The notes beneath the pieces were generated by a model. The model ran no database searches. It had not been told where the DNA came from and saw nothing but the letters and a program-made list of their open reading frames with translations. From Magnetococcales bacterium (lineage in GTDB: Bacteria; Pseudomonadota; Magnetococcia; Magnetococcales; UBA8363), in the NCBI GenBank assembly GCA_002753515.1, contig PEAK01000006.1, forward strand, positions 13,682 to 77,681: 64,000 bases of DNA, read 5' to 3'. The translations under genes were made by a program, and so were the position numbers. This document shows positions 1 through 7,656 of the stretch, one piece after another (position 1 is the first letter of the stretch; every line of letters starts with the position of its first letter).

Positions 1-316
1 AGGAAACCAAAGGTACACGAGCAATCAAACGAGCAGTATTCTTACGATCCCCCCTCTCATTAGTGTCGCTATAGGTCTCCTCAAGATAGGAAGAAGCCCC
101 TGGGAGTGCCATTTCGCCCAACCCGGTATCCAGCCAGATGGGATCCACGCCACACGTCAAAGCAATAGCGACAGTTTTTCGTGACGAATGGGATCCCCCA
201 CCCTCCAGCTTGTGAATGGCGGTCTGGCTGATACCAACCCTCATTGCCAACTCTTTCTGGGTAATTCCGGCATGTTTCCTCGCCTGTTTGATACGTTCAC
301 TCAGTGTACTGGTCAT
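1..316 (-). CDS. Phage CI/LexA-like XRE-family repressor, N-terminal part (C-terminus lies beyond the window start)
   Basis: Not in the ORF track because it runs off the window. The reverse complement of 1-316, from the ATG at 314-316, reads MTSTLSERIKQARKHAGITQKELAMRVGISQTAIHKLEGG...LIARVPLVS. This is an XRE-type helix-turn-helix, a linker, and the beginning of what looks like an S24/LexA-type peptidase domain. Confidence 0.7.
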   Translation of the reverse strand, partial: MTSTLSERIKQARKHAGITQKELAMRVGISQTAIHKLEGGGSHSSRKTVAIALTCGVDPIWLDTGLGEMALPGASSYLEETYSDTNERGDRKNTARLIARVPLVS

Positions 317-932
317 GGCACTCTGGCTCTTCGAGGTTTGAGTTTCGCTCGGTAGTGTCTGGATTAATAGTCTTTTATAAAGCATTGATTCAATTTGATA
401 CTGGGCTCCAATGCGGACAGCGATCAGCCCATTGTAAACCAATAATCGTACAATGCCATAAAATCGGAATGAATGGAAGGCAATTTAATGGCGAAAGTTC
501 TGTATGACATTTCGTCAATATCATGGATTCAGTACCAAACATGCGAAAACCCTGTGATCGTTCCAAACGAGTGATTCTGTATATTCATAAATAAATCATA
601 TATTACGGTATAATATTTAATTATTATTATATTTTATGCCGTTCCATTACGAAATTGTACAACCAATAATAAGTCTACGATAATATTCTAATTATCATAT
701 ATTTTAAGAATAAAAAAGTCTTAAACAGTTATTATTGTTTATGGAGAGTGTCTCGGAGAAAATTCGGTGGGTCACAATCAAAAAAAAGGGGTAGATCACC
801 CCATGGCAAGCCCGCGCACAGGACAGCCCCATACGCCAGCATCGTGAGACAGATATTTCGCCCCTCTGATTCCCAACACGCAACGACAGTAAAAGAAACA
901 GCTTTGCAAACGTCGTGTCGCTTATCAATCCC

Positions 933-1796
933 CTAGCTGCTACCGCCCGGCATCATGGCAGGAGCCAGACCTTTGACAAAGCGCGCCAAAAAGGATCCCT
1001 CCTCCACGCCCTTACGCAAATCGGCCAATTCCCAGCGACTCACATCTTCACCTTTTTCCAGCATGGCGACCGCCTTCTTGTAAAACGATCCCTTGGGAAA
1101 ATTGCGGCCCAACACCACCGAATAATTCAAAGCTTCTTCCCGGACCCCCAGGCGCAACGAGGTCAACACCATGCTAAACAAAGCCTCTTCCACATAAATG
1201 GTGGTATTCAGGTCTTTATCCTGAAGAACCCGCTGAAACCGATTGTTGGCGGCGATATAATCCTCCCGGTCCAAATAATACCGGGCCACAACCATTTCCT
1301 GCTCTGCCATTCTATCTTTGCACACGTTGATCATCCGCCTGGATTCCCAGGAATAGTCACTATCGGGAAAACGCGACACCACTTCACGAAAGGCTACCAG
1401 CGCATCCCGTGTCCGTTGTTGATCGCGGTAAGCATCGGAAAGCCTTTTATAAAATCCCAGGCCCCGCATGAAGTAGGCATAGGCGACATTTTTATGACGG
1501 GGATGCAAGCGCACAAAGCGTTCCGCCGCCGAAACTGCCTCCTCATAGTTTTCTTTGCTGAAATGAGCGTAAATTAGATTAAGCTGAGCCTTGACCGCCA
1601 AGGGTGAAAACGGGTGCTGTCGATCCAAATCCTGAAATTTTTGCGCAGCCAGAATAAAGCTACCCGATTTGAGCGCCTTAACACCATCTTCGTACAACTT
1701 TTCCGGAGGAAATTTTTCCTTGACCCCATCCCCGGCCGAAGAACACCCCGCCAGCGCCACAACGACACACACAATCAACCAACGCCATGCATCCAT
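933..1796 (-). CDS. bamD: Outer-membrane protein assembly factor BamD (TPR lipoprotein)
   Basis: Lipoprotein signal with lipobox VVALAGC|SS, TPR-like helical repeats, and overall BamD/YfiO-like sequence. The track start at 1814 is a TTG. The ATG at 1796 has GGAGAA 5 nt upstream and gives a normal-length signal peptide. Confidence 0.85.
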   Translation of the reverse strand: MDAWRWLIVCVVVALAGCSSAGDGVKEKFPPEKLYEDGVKALKSGSFILAAQKFQDLDRQHPFSPLAVKAQLNLIYAHFSKENYEEAVSAAERFVRLHPRHKNVAYAYFMRGLGFYKRLSDAYRDQQRTRDALVAFREVVSRFPDSDYSWESRRMINVCKDRMAEQEMVVARYYLDREDYIAANNRFQRVLQDKDLNTTIYVEEALFSMVLTSLRLGVREEALNYSVVLGRNFPKGSFYKKAVAMLEKGEDVSRWELADLRKGVEEGSFLARFVKGLAPAMMPGGSS

Positions 1797-1840
1797 TCCG
1801 TTCTCCGCCTTCAACCCGTGTCACCCATACCCAAGGAGCA

Positions 1841-3328
1841 TCAACCCGATCCACCGCCCATCCCGTTTGCCACCATCTCTCTGGCCCGTCGCGCCAACCC
1901 CATCCGATCCACCTTGCCATTAGCCAATAACGGCAGTTCAGGCAGTCGCACCACATGGTGGGGATGCTTGTAACGCCCCAAACGGGGATTCAACCAGGCA
2001 CGCAACTCCTCCAGACCCAAATCCCTTTCAGCCACGATCCAGGCAAATCCCACTTCGGTCCAGTGAACATCCGCCACCGCCACCACCACCGCCTGCCGAA
2101 TATCGGTGTGTGCCACCAACTGTTTTTCCACCTCGCCCGGGAAGACATTTTCGCCACCCGAGATATACATCTCTTTTTTGCGGCCAACGACGTAATAAAA
2201 ACCCTCGCTATCACGGCGTACCAGATCACCCGTGGCAAAATAACCATCTCGCAACGACTCTTGAAAGCGTTGTTCGTCCCGCCAATACCCCTTGCACAAG
2301 TGCGGCCCGCCCAGCAACAACTCGCCAACCTCATCCGGTCCCACATCCCGCCCCTCGCCGTCGACAATTCGCGTCTTGGATAGCGGCATGGGCTTGCCTA
2401 TGGAATCTGGACGTTGCCAGGAATCCTCGGTTTGGTGCAAAAAACAGTTGGGACCTACTTCAGTCAAGCCAAACCCCTGCTTAAAGGCAACCCCCCTGGC
2501 ATGATACCCTTTGATCAAAGGGATGTTCAGTGGAGCGCCCCCCGAAAGCAAGACCCGAATACGGCTGAAATCGGTTTGGTTAAACTGCGGATGGTCGTAA
2601 ATCGACTGAAACATGGTGGGAACCGCCCAGAATACGGTCACCCCTTCATTTTCGATAGCCTCCAGCACCCCACCCGGATCAAATCGTTCAAACAAGATCA
2701 TGGTACCGCCCATGGAAAGGAGCGGAAAGGTGAACACATTGTAGGCCCCGGTATGGAAAAACGGGGTGTTGATGATGGAAACATCTCCCGGCTGCAATAC
2801 CCCTGTTCCCAGGGTATGCGCCATGTTGGCCATGAGCATGCCCGCATGGAACAATACCCCTTTGGGATCCCCGGTTGAACCAGAGGTGTAGAGCATCAAT
2901 AGAACTTCATCGTCCGCCACTGCTCGTTCCGGGCAGGGGGGCAACGTGGAATCACGTACCCAGGCCGTCATATCCTGCCAGGAAACCTGACTGGGAAACG
3001 TTGCCGCACCCTCACCCAGCAACAGTTTGGGTTCCACATGCCGGACGATGACTTCCAATTCCCTGGGCGACAAACGATGGTTGAGAGGAACAAAGATCGC
3101 CCCCAATTTGGCACAGGCAAAAAAAAGTGTCAGATGCTCCAAACGGTTCGGTGCCAGGTACGCCACGCGATCTCCCGCCACAACTCCTTGGGCATGCATC
3201 CAGGCACTCAACAGAACGATTTCCCTCTCCAACTCCCTGAACGACCAATACCGATTGGTCATACGATCAATAATGGCGGTATGTTCCGGGATTGCTTCAG
3301 CCTGTTCTTTGATAAAATCACGCCACAC
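1841..3328 (-). CDS. AMP-dependent acyl-CoA synthetase/ligase (adenylate-forming enzyme)
   Basis: 495 aa with AMP-binding signatures LYTSGSTGDPKGV, GYGLTE-like FGLTE and the TGD motif (YFATGDL). Starts at a GTG with GGGGAG upstream. Substrate cannot be called. Confidence 0.85.
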   Translation of the reverse strand: MWRDFIKEQAEAIPEHTAIIDRMTNRYWSFRELEREIVLLSAWMHAQGVVAGDRVAYLAPNRLEHLTLFFACAKLGAIFVPLNHRLSPRELEVIVRHVEPKLLLGEGAATFPSQVSWQDMTAWVRDSTLPPCPERAVADDEVLLMLYTSGSTGDPKGVLFHAGMLMANMAHTLGTGVLQPGDVSIINTPFFHTGAYNVFTFPLLSMGGTMILFERFDPGGVLEAIENEGVTVFWAVPTMFQSIYDHPQFNQTDFSRIRVLLSGGAPLNIPLIKGYHARGVAFKQGFGLTEVGPNCFLHQTEDSWQRPDSIGKPMPLSKTRIVDGEGRDVGPDEVGELLLGGPHLCKGYWRDEQRFQESLRDGYFATGDLVRRDSEGFYYVVGRKKEMYISGGENVFPGEVEKQLVAHTDIRQAVVVAVADVHWTEVGFAWIVAERDLGLEELRAWLNPRLGRYKHPHHVVRLPELPLLANGKVDRMGLARRAREMVANGMGGGSG

Positions 3329-3357
3329 GGTTCAATGGACTCCCCTGGCCCTCATCA

Positions 3358-4146
3358 TCATCCCGCCTCAGCGAAAAAATGGCTGATCGCTGCAGTGGTT
3401 TCATCACCTTTTTCCAGAAAAAACAAATGATCCACTCCGGTCAACTCAACCAGACGCGCATTGGGCAGGTCCCGTAGCAGGCGTTCCGCATTGGCGCGTG
3501 GTACCAAGCGATCCTGATCCGCCGTCAAAACCAACACGGGGCAAGTAATCCGCAACAAGGGCAAAGGTTGATCCATAAACCGTTGCACTGCAAAAAATTG
3601 CTGCATCACCTGTTCCGGGTCCGCCGGATCCGCGACCCGCTTTTCAACAACATACTGATAAACATCGGGATAATGGCTTTGCAAAACCGGACACAATGCC
3701 TCTCCCAAAGCCGCCTGCACCCGCTCCAGAGGATCCAGGGCGTAGATGGCACGCACTTGTTCTTCGGTCAGCGACGGAAAGGATTGCCGATATTCAGGCC
3801 CCCCCGAGGTGGAACACATGAGGACGAGAGACGATACCCGTTCCGGTGCCTCAAGAGCCAACAATTGTGCAATAAATCCACCCATGCTCAGCCCGATGAC
3901 TCGAAAACGCTCATAGCCCAGATCATTCATCAAATTCAGGGCATCGGCTGCCAAATCTTCCAGGCAATAACCCTGGGTACTCGCTGGAGAGCGACCCATT
4001 CCCCGGTTATCGGGTAGTATGAAACGAAAGCGGTCAACCAAAGGCTCCAATAACCGGGAAAACACCCAATTGCCGCTGGCAAAACCGGGGATACACAAAA
4101 CCGGTTCCCCTTCTCCCACAACATCGTAATGACCGTTAAATCCCAT
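3358..4146 (-). CDS. Alpha/beta-fold hydrolase
   Basis: 262 aa with nucleophile elbow GLSMGG, an N-terminal oxyanion region (LCIPGFASG) and a C-terminal D/H region (GVDHLFFLE). Confidence 0.8.
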   Translation of the reverse strand: MGFNGHYDVVGEGEPVLCIPGFASGNWVFSRLLEPLVDRFRFILPDNRGMGRSPASTQGYCLEDLAADALNLMNDLGYERFRVIGLSMGGFIAQLLALEAPERVSSLVLMCSTSGGPEYRQSFPSLTEEQVRAIYALDPLERVQAALGEALCPVLQSHYPDVYQYVVEKRVADPADPEQVMQQFFAVQRFMDQPLPLLRITCPVLVLTADQDRLVPRANAERLLRDLPNARLVELTGVDHLFFLEKGDETTAAISHFFAEAG

Positions 4147-4171
4147 GGCGCACCCGGTTTCTTAGTCGGTT

Positions 4172-4657
4172 TTAGACGGACTGTTCCCCAAACATGGCCC
4201 GGCAATCGGCCAATACCTTTTCGACGTGACCCTTGACCCGGACATTATCGTACACCTTGCGAACCACACCACCCACATCCACTATGAAAGTCGAGCGTAC
4301 GATCCCCAGGGAAGTTTTGCCATAATTTGTTTTCTCACGCCACACCCCGAACTGCTCGCACACGCGCTTTTTCTGATCGCTCAAAAGGGTGAAGCCAATC
4401 TCCTGGCGGTCACGAAAAGTAACATGCGATGCCACACTATCCTGCGATACCCCGACAATGCTCACGCCCAGTCGGGCGAACTCGTCGACCAGGCATTGAA
4501 AATCTTTCGCCTCCTGGGTGCAACCCGGGGTGTTATCCTTGGGATAGAAATAAAGGACCATCCCGTTGGCCGCTGGTAACGACGATAGCGCCACCTCACG
4601 GCCATCATGGTCGGGAAGGGTCATGTCGGTGATGACATCACCAGGCTGCAAGCTCAT
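4172..4657 (-). CDS. bcp: Peroxiredoxin, Bcp-type thiol peroxidase
   Basis: 161 aa with the AhpC/TSA fold motif FYPKDNTPGCTQE (peroxidatic Cys), typical of Bcp/PrxQ. Confidence 0.85.
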   Translation of the reverse strand: MSLQPGDVITDMTLPDHDGREVALSSLPAANGMVLYFYPKDNTPGCTQEAKDFQCLVDEFARLGVSIVGVSQDSVASHVTFRDRQEIGFTLLSDQKKRVCEQFGVWREKTNYGKTSLGIVRSTFIVDVGGVVRKVYDNVRVKGHVEKVLADCRAMFGEQSV

Positions 4658-4696
4658 GATGGCACCCTTTATTGAAGGAATCCAGTCGACCAGACC

Positions 4697-5155
4697 TTAA
4701 CCTTCTCTCTGGGTATCGTCATATCTTTGTTCAATTTGTTTGCCATGCTTGGCTTCCTGCTCGGCCAAAAAGTTGAACACATCCGCCAGTTCTGGAGTTG
4801 GTGCCGACTGCGCCAACACCCGGTAGAAACGGACCGCCTGTTTTTCCCGCTGAGCCGACAAGATCAAGGCCTCCTCATAGCTCAGGTTGCCCCCACGATC
4901 CACTACCCGTAATGTCTCGGCCAATTTCATGTCAGGATCGGCAACAATACCGCTGGGAATCGGTAGTTTGCCTTTGGCCAGGATGGCTTCCAAACGTCGC
5001 TTATGATCCAGTTCTTCCGCTGCCTGTGACAGCATCGCCTGCTTTTGATCCTCGCTACTGGAACGGGCTGCCATCGATTCGTAAAACTTAGCCTCTTCCA
5101 GTTCATGGTTGATAGCGAAACGGATAGCGTCTTCAAAAGTTTTCATCTCCGACAT
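4697..5155 (-). CDS. Rubrerythrin/ferritin-like di-iron domain protein
   Basis: Helical protein with paired E...ExxH-like motifs (NHELEEAKFY, AEELDHKRRL, LAEQEAKHGKQIE). The ATG at 5155 has GGAGGGAG 6 nt upstream; the track TTG at 5170 is less likely. Confidence 0.65.
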   Translation of the reverse strand: MSEMKTFEDAIRFAINHELEEAKFYESMAARSSSEDQKQAMLSQAAEELDHKRRLEAILAKGKLPIPSGIVADPDMKLAETLRVVDRGGNLSYEEALILSAQREKQAVRFYRVLAQSAPTPELADVFNFLAEQEAKHGKQIEQRYDDTQREG

Positions 5156-5252
5156 GATCACTCCCTCCAATGTTTGGATTTGCGGCTACGGAATCTGGCT
5201 ACCGTAGTTCCTGCACCATATTCTTGCGTCCACAGCTAAATCGACTGCTTGG

Positions 5253-5690
5253 TTATAGGATACAAGGTGCGGCATCGAAACAACGGTGACTTGATTCCCG
5301 TTTCTCAAATCTGCACCGTTTCATTCTTACCACCCCATGCCCCCTTTTTCTATACCTGACGAACATGGCATACCATAAAATCACATGATTTGGATGGTTC
5401 ATGCACCCATAAAATTCACGGTTCACCCCCCTCTGCTGTAATCGGTCCGCCACCACTGAAGGTCCATCATACCCTATCCCGAGCAGAATGATGCCTCCAT
5501 GGGTATTGGCCATGGCACAGGGGGGGCCCACAAACTATTGGGAAAACACCCTGGGCCAACTTGAACTCCAGACTGTCACCCTTTTCCCAATCCAGACAAC
5601 TCAGAAGATCCGCCAAGTCGATGAAATCCCCGTTCGTGCTGACTTATCCCAAGCACCGACCTGGCCAGTGACAGCAGCAATTCCATAGGT
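5253..5690 (-). pseudogene. Frameshifted and truncated AlbA_2/Schlafen-like (putative DNA-binding) domain fragment
   Basis: One minus frame reads ...DWEKGDSLEFKLAQGVFP. After a frame change the next frame reads ...AMANTHGGIILLGIGYDG. Together these match the E-x-LEFK ... AFANTxGGxLxxGVxDdG pattern of AlbA_2 domains. An in-frame stop lies 2 codons upstream of the GTG, and there is no intact long ORF. Confidence 0.35.
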
Positions 5691-5695
5691 TTGAA

Positions 5696-6130
5696 TCATA
5701 GCTCATGTCCCCCGTCCCGATCATCCCGTTGCATCATGGTTTGAGCATAGTCCAAGAGACCATCCAGATGGGTGGTGATAATGGCGATGGTAATGGGAAG
5801 ATGCAGGATCTGGTAATCATGCACGGCAATGTTGCGAAAACCCACCATGGGTTTCAGCCGGTCGGCTAGTTCAACATCAATCCACCCACCTCGGGCCAAT
5901 AGGTCGAAAACATTCCGCGCTCCCTGGGGGACCCCCAACCGTTCCCGGCGGATCAGGTGCTGTCCCATGTCCAGAGCCGCTTCACAAGCACGTTGAATAT
6001 TCAGAATGGCAGCATCCTGCCGGGTGTAATCATCGGCAAAGGTGTCGGGATCCTTGCCATACTCCTCCCGGGCACGGGCTACGCAACGTTCGATGGTAGC
6101 TGTTTTGTTGACCAGCACGTCATCGACCAT
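5696..6130 (-). CDS. hepT: HEPN-domain (DUF86) toxin, HepT family
   Basis: C-terminal Rx4H HEPN motif in GFRNIAVHDY, and DUF86-like sequence throughout. The internal ATG at 6130 (MVDDVLVNK...) overlaps the MntA stop by 11 nt. The 83-codon upstream extension in the track ORF looks non-coding. Confidence 0.8.
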   Translation of the reverse strand: MVDDVLVNKTATIERCVARAREEYGKDPDTFADDYTRQDAAILNIQRACEAALDMGQHLIRRERLGVPQGARNVFDLLARGGWIDVELADRLKPMVGFRNIAVHDYQILHLPITIAIITTHLDGLLDYAQTMMQRDDRDGGHEL

Positions 6131-6572
6131 GGATAGTTCCTTCCCGCTGGATGACGGCCAGGAGCGGGGCACGCGCTTCATCCAGAGCAGTTTTTTCGCT
6201 AAGGACAAAACTTTCGTAAAGACCGGCCCGATGGTCTTGCGCCCATAATCGTGTACCAGTGGTGATGATCTGGTATTGCATGATCGTGGAAGCAGCGCGA
6301 AAGTCAAGCAAATCCACCAAGCAACCGGCAATGTCGGCCAGTTCCCCGGACAAATGCCACAGGACAACGGGATCGACATTGCCTGTTACCAGAACAGCCA
6401 AATCCAAATCGCTTTCCGGTCCAACGTCGTCACCACGGACGCGACTACCGAAAGCGTAAACAGCCAGCAACCCCGGTAGATGGTCATGCAGATAATCGAT
6501 AATCCGCGTCCAGTTCACCCCTTTTTCTTCCTTACGTCGATCTTGCCGGCATTCGGGCGTGTTGACATTCAA
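6120..6572 (-). CDS. mntA: Minimal nucleotidyltransferase antitoxin, MntA family
   Basis: Pol-beta-type NTase motif GSRVRGDDVGPESDLDLAV, with the gene immediately upstream of and overlapping hepT. The start is uncertain. The track start at 6572 is a TTG inside an inverted-repeat arm. The GTG at 6518, preceded by AAGGAAGAAAAAGG, is a plausible alternative. Confidence 0.8.
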   Translation of the reverse strand: MNVNTPECRQDRRKEEKGVNWTRIIDYLHDHLPGLLAVYAFGSRVRGDDVGPESDLDLAVLVTGNVDPVVLWHLSGELADIAGCLVDLLDFRAASTIMQYQIITTGTRLWAQDHRAGLYESFVLSEKTALDEARAPLLAVIQREGTIHGR

Positions 6573-6830
6573 AGTGTCTTTTCTTGAATGGATGGGTCCG
6601 GGATGGGTGTGCCCCTTTCCGGCAGGATTTGGGACAGCGTCCCAAGGCTTTTCTTTGTTTGTTTGCGCCCCTTTACACGAAGCGTTTTTTCCGCGTGTTT
6701 ATTGCGGAAAAAAAGCGCGGAGCGCACGCCATCGCTCGATATTTTTCGCGTTATTTGCGAAAAATATCAAGTATAATCTTTGGGTTAATATGGCTTAACA
6801 ACAACCCGTTCCTTTGAATGTCAACACGCC
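6555..6830. repeat. MITE-like or operator-like element: perfect 20-bp terminal inverted repeats flanking 236 bp of palindrome-rich DNA
   Basis: 6555-6574 gggcgtgttgacattcaaag is the exact reverse complement of 6811-6830 ctttgaatgtcaacacgccc. The interior carries two related AT-rich palindromes and no credible ORF. Three frames each have only short overlapping ORFs. Confidence 0.5.
6682..6768. promoter_or_regulatory. Two related palindromes (TTTTTCGC-loop-GCGAAAAA type), with a TATAAT hexamer immediately following
   Basis: Palindrome 1: 6682-6694 gcgttttttccgc / 6704-6718 gcggaaaaaaagcgc (imperfect). Palindrome 2: 6738-6749 gatatttttcgc / 6757-6768 gcgaaaaatatc (perfect 12 bp, 7-nt loop). TATAAT lies at 6772-6777. 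Located 110-200 bp upstream of mntA-hepT on the opposite side. Function is not established. Confidence 0.4.
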
Positions 6831-7284
6831 CTAGCCCATGTTTATAATTCTTCATTTTCTGTTCCTGTAACATTTTGTTCTTTCATAGGAATATTCCAGA
6901 ATCTCAGTTCTGACGCTTTTATTTTTGCAGGTAACCTATCGTAGTGCCATAATATATATGGGATTATCAGTTGCCAACGAACTGATTGTTATTGTAACAT
7001 TGATGGGTATGCTTGTCACCTTTTAACCAGTACTGGAAATGAAAATCGTGCGATATTTTCTCATGTTTTTCACCTTGATAGCAGACGTTCAATGTTGGCG
7101 TATGTGAAGTGAAGAAATGACCGTCTGATTGCCTCAAATTTCTAAAGAATGGCGATTTTGTAGTGCTACTCCAAAAAAATCATCGTGTATCTTATTGATT
7201 ATAGTGGGAATATAAAATGCCATATTAAACTCGGGCTAGCACAAAGCTCTTCCATCCATGTGACGCATCCTTACTGGTTGAAAG

Positions 7285-7656
7285 CTACGGAGACCGATAA
7301 AGCCAGTCCCGTGCAACGGCCTTCTTGCACAGGTACTTGGCTTTTTTTTCGACCTGACCCTTGGAGTAGCCGGAAAAGTCAATCACCGCATGTTCTGGAA
7401 ATGGCTCAGGATCGGGCCGGGAAGGTAAATCTAACTCCGCACATTCGGCTACCGTGACTCCCATGACCCCCACAGACTTGCAATTGGATTGGCTATTAAA
7501 GTGTACCCAGGCTGGTTTTGGGTCGATCATGTCACCGTCGTAAACAGAAAGGAGATCTTTATCCTTGGGAGTGGGCCGAAAGACCTGGGAGGACACCCGA
7601 TTTCCCTGAACGAAATTGGGATGAACTTGACGAAGAAGCACGGTTTCCGGGGTCAT
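7285..7656 (-). CDS. Hypothetical 123-aa protein, translationally coupled to the upstream repeat protein
   Basis: Its ATG overlaps the stop of the 438-aa gene (ATGA at 7653-7656). The sequence is globular-looking (MTPETVLLRQVHPNFVQGNRVSSQVFRPTPKD...) with no TM segment or signal peptide. I recognise no family with confidence. Confidence 0.6.
   Translation of the reverse strand: MTPETVLLRQVHPNFVQGNRVSSQVFRPTPKDKDLLSVYDGDMIDPKPAWVHFNSQSNCKSVGVMGVTVAECAELDLPSRPDPEPFPEHAVIDFSGYSKGQVEKKAKYLCKKAVARDWLYRSP

Noticed and set aside
5696-6379. The 227-aa version of the HepT ORF given in the track.
   Set aside because: The first 83 codons overlap mntA in another frame and look like non-coding translation (Cys/Trp/Pro-rich). 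The internal ATG at 6130 gives a typical ~144-aa DUF86 protein with the usual short overlap with the antitoxin gene.
6559-6817. Three overlapping plus-strand ORFs (79, 77 and 62 aa) in the mntA upstream region.
   Set aside because: All three frames are open over the same palindrome-rich DNA. None has an RBS or recognisable motifs, and the interval is better explained as a repeat or regulatory element.
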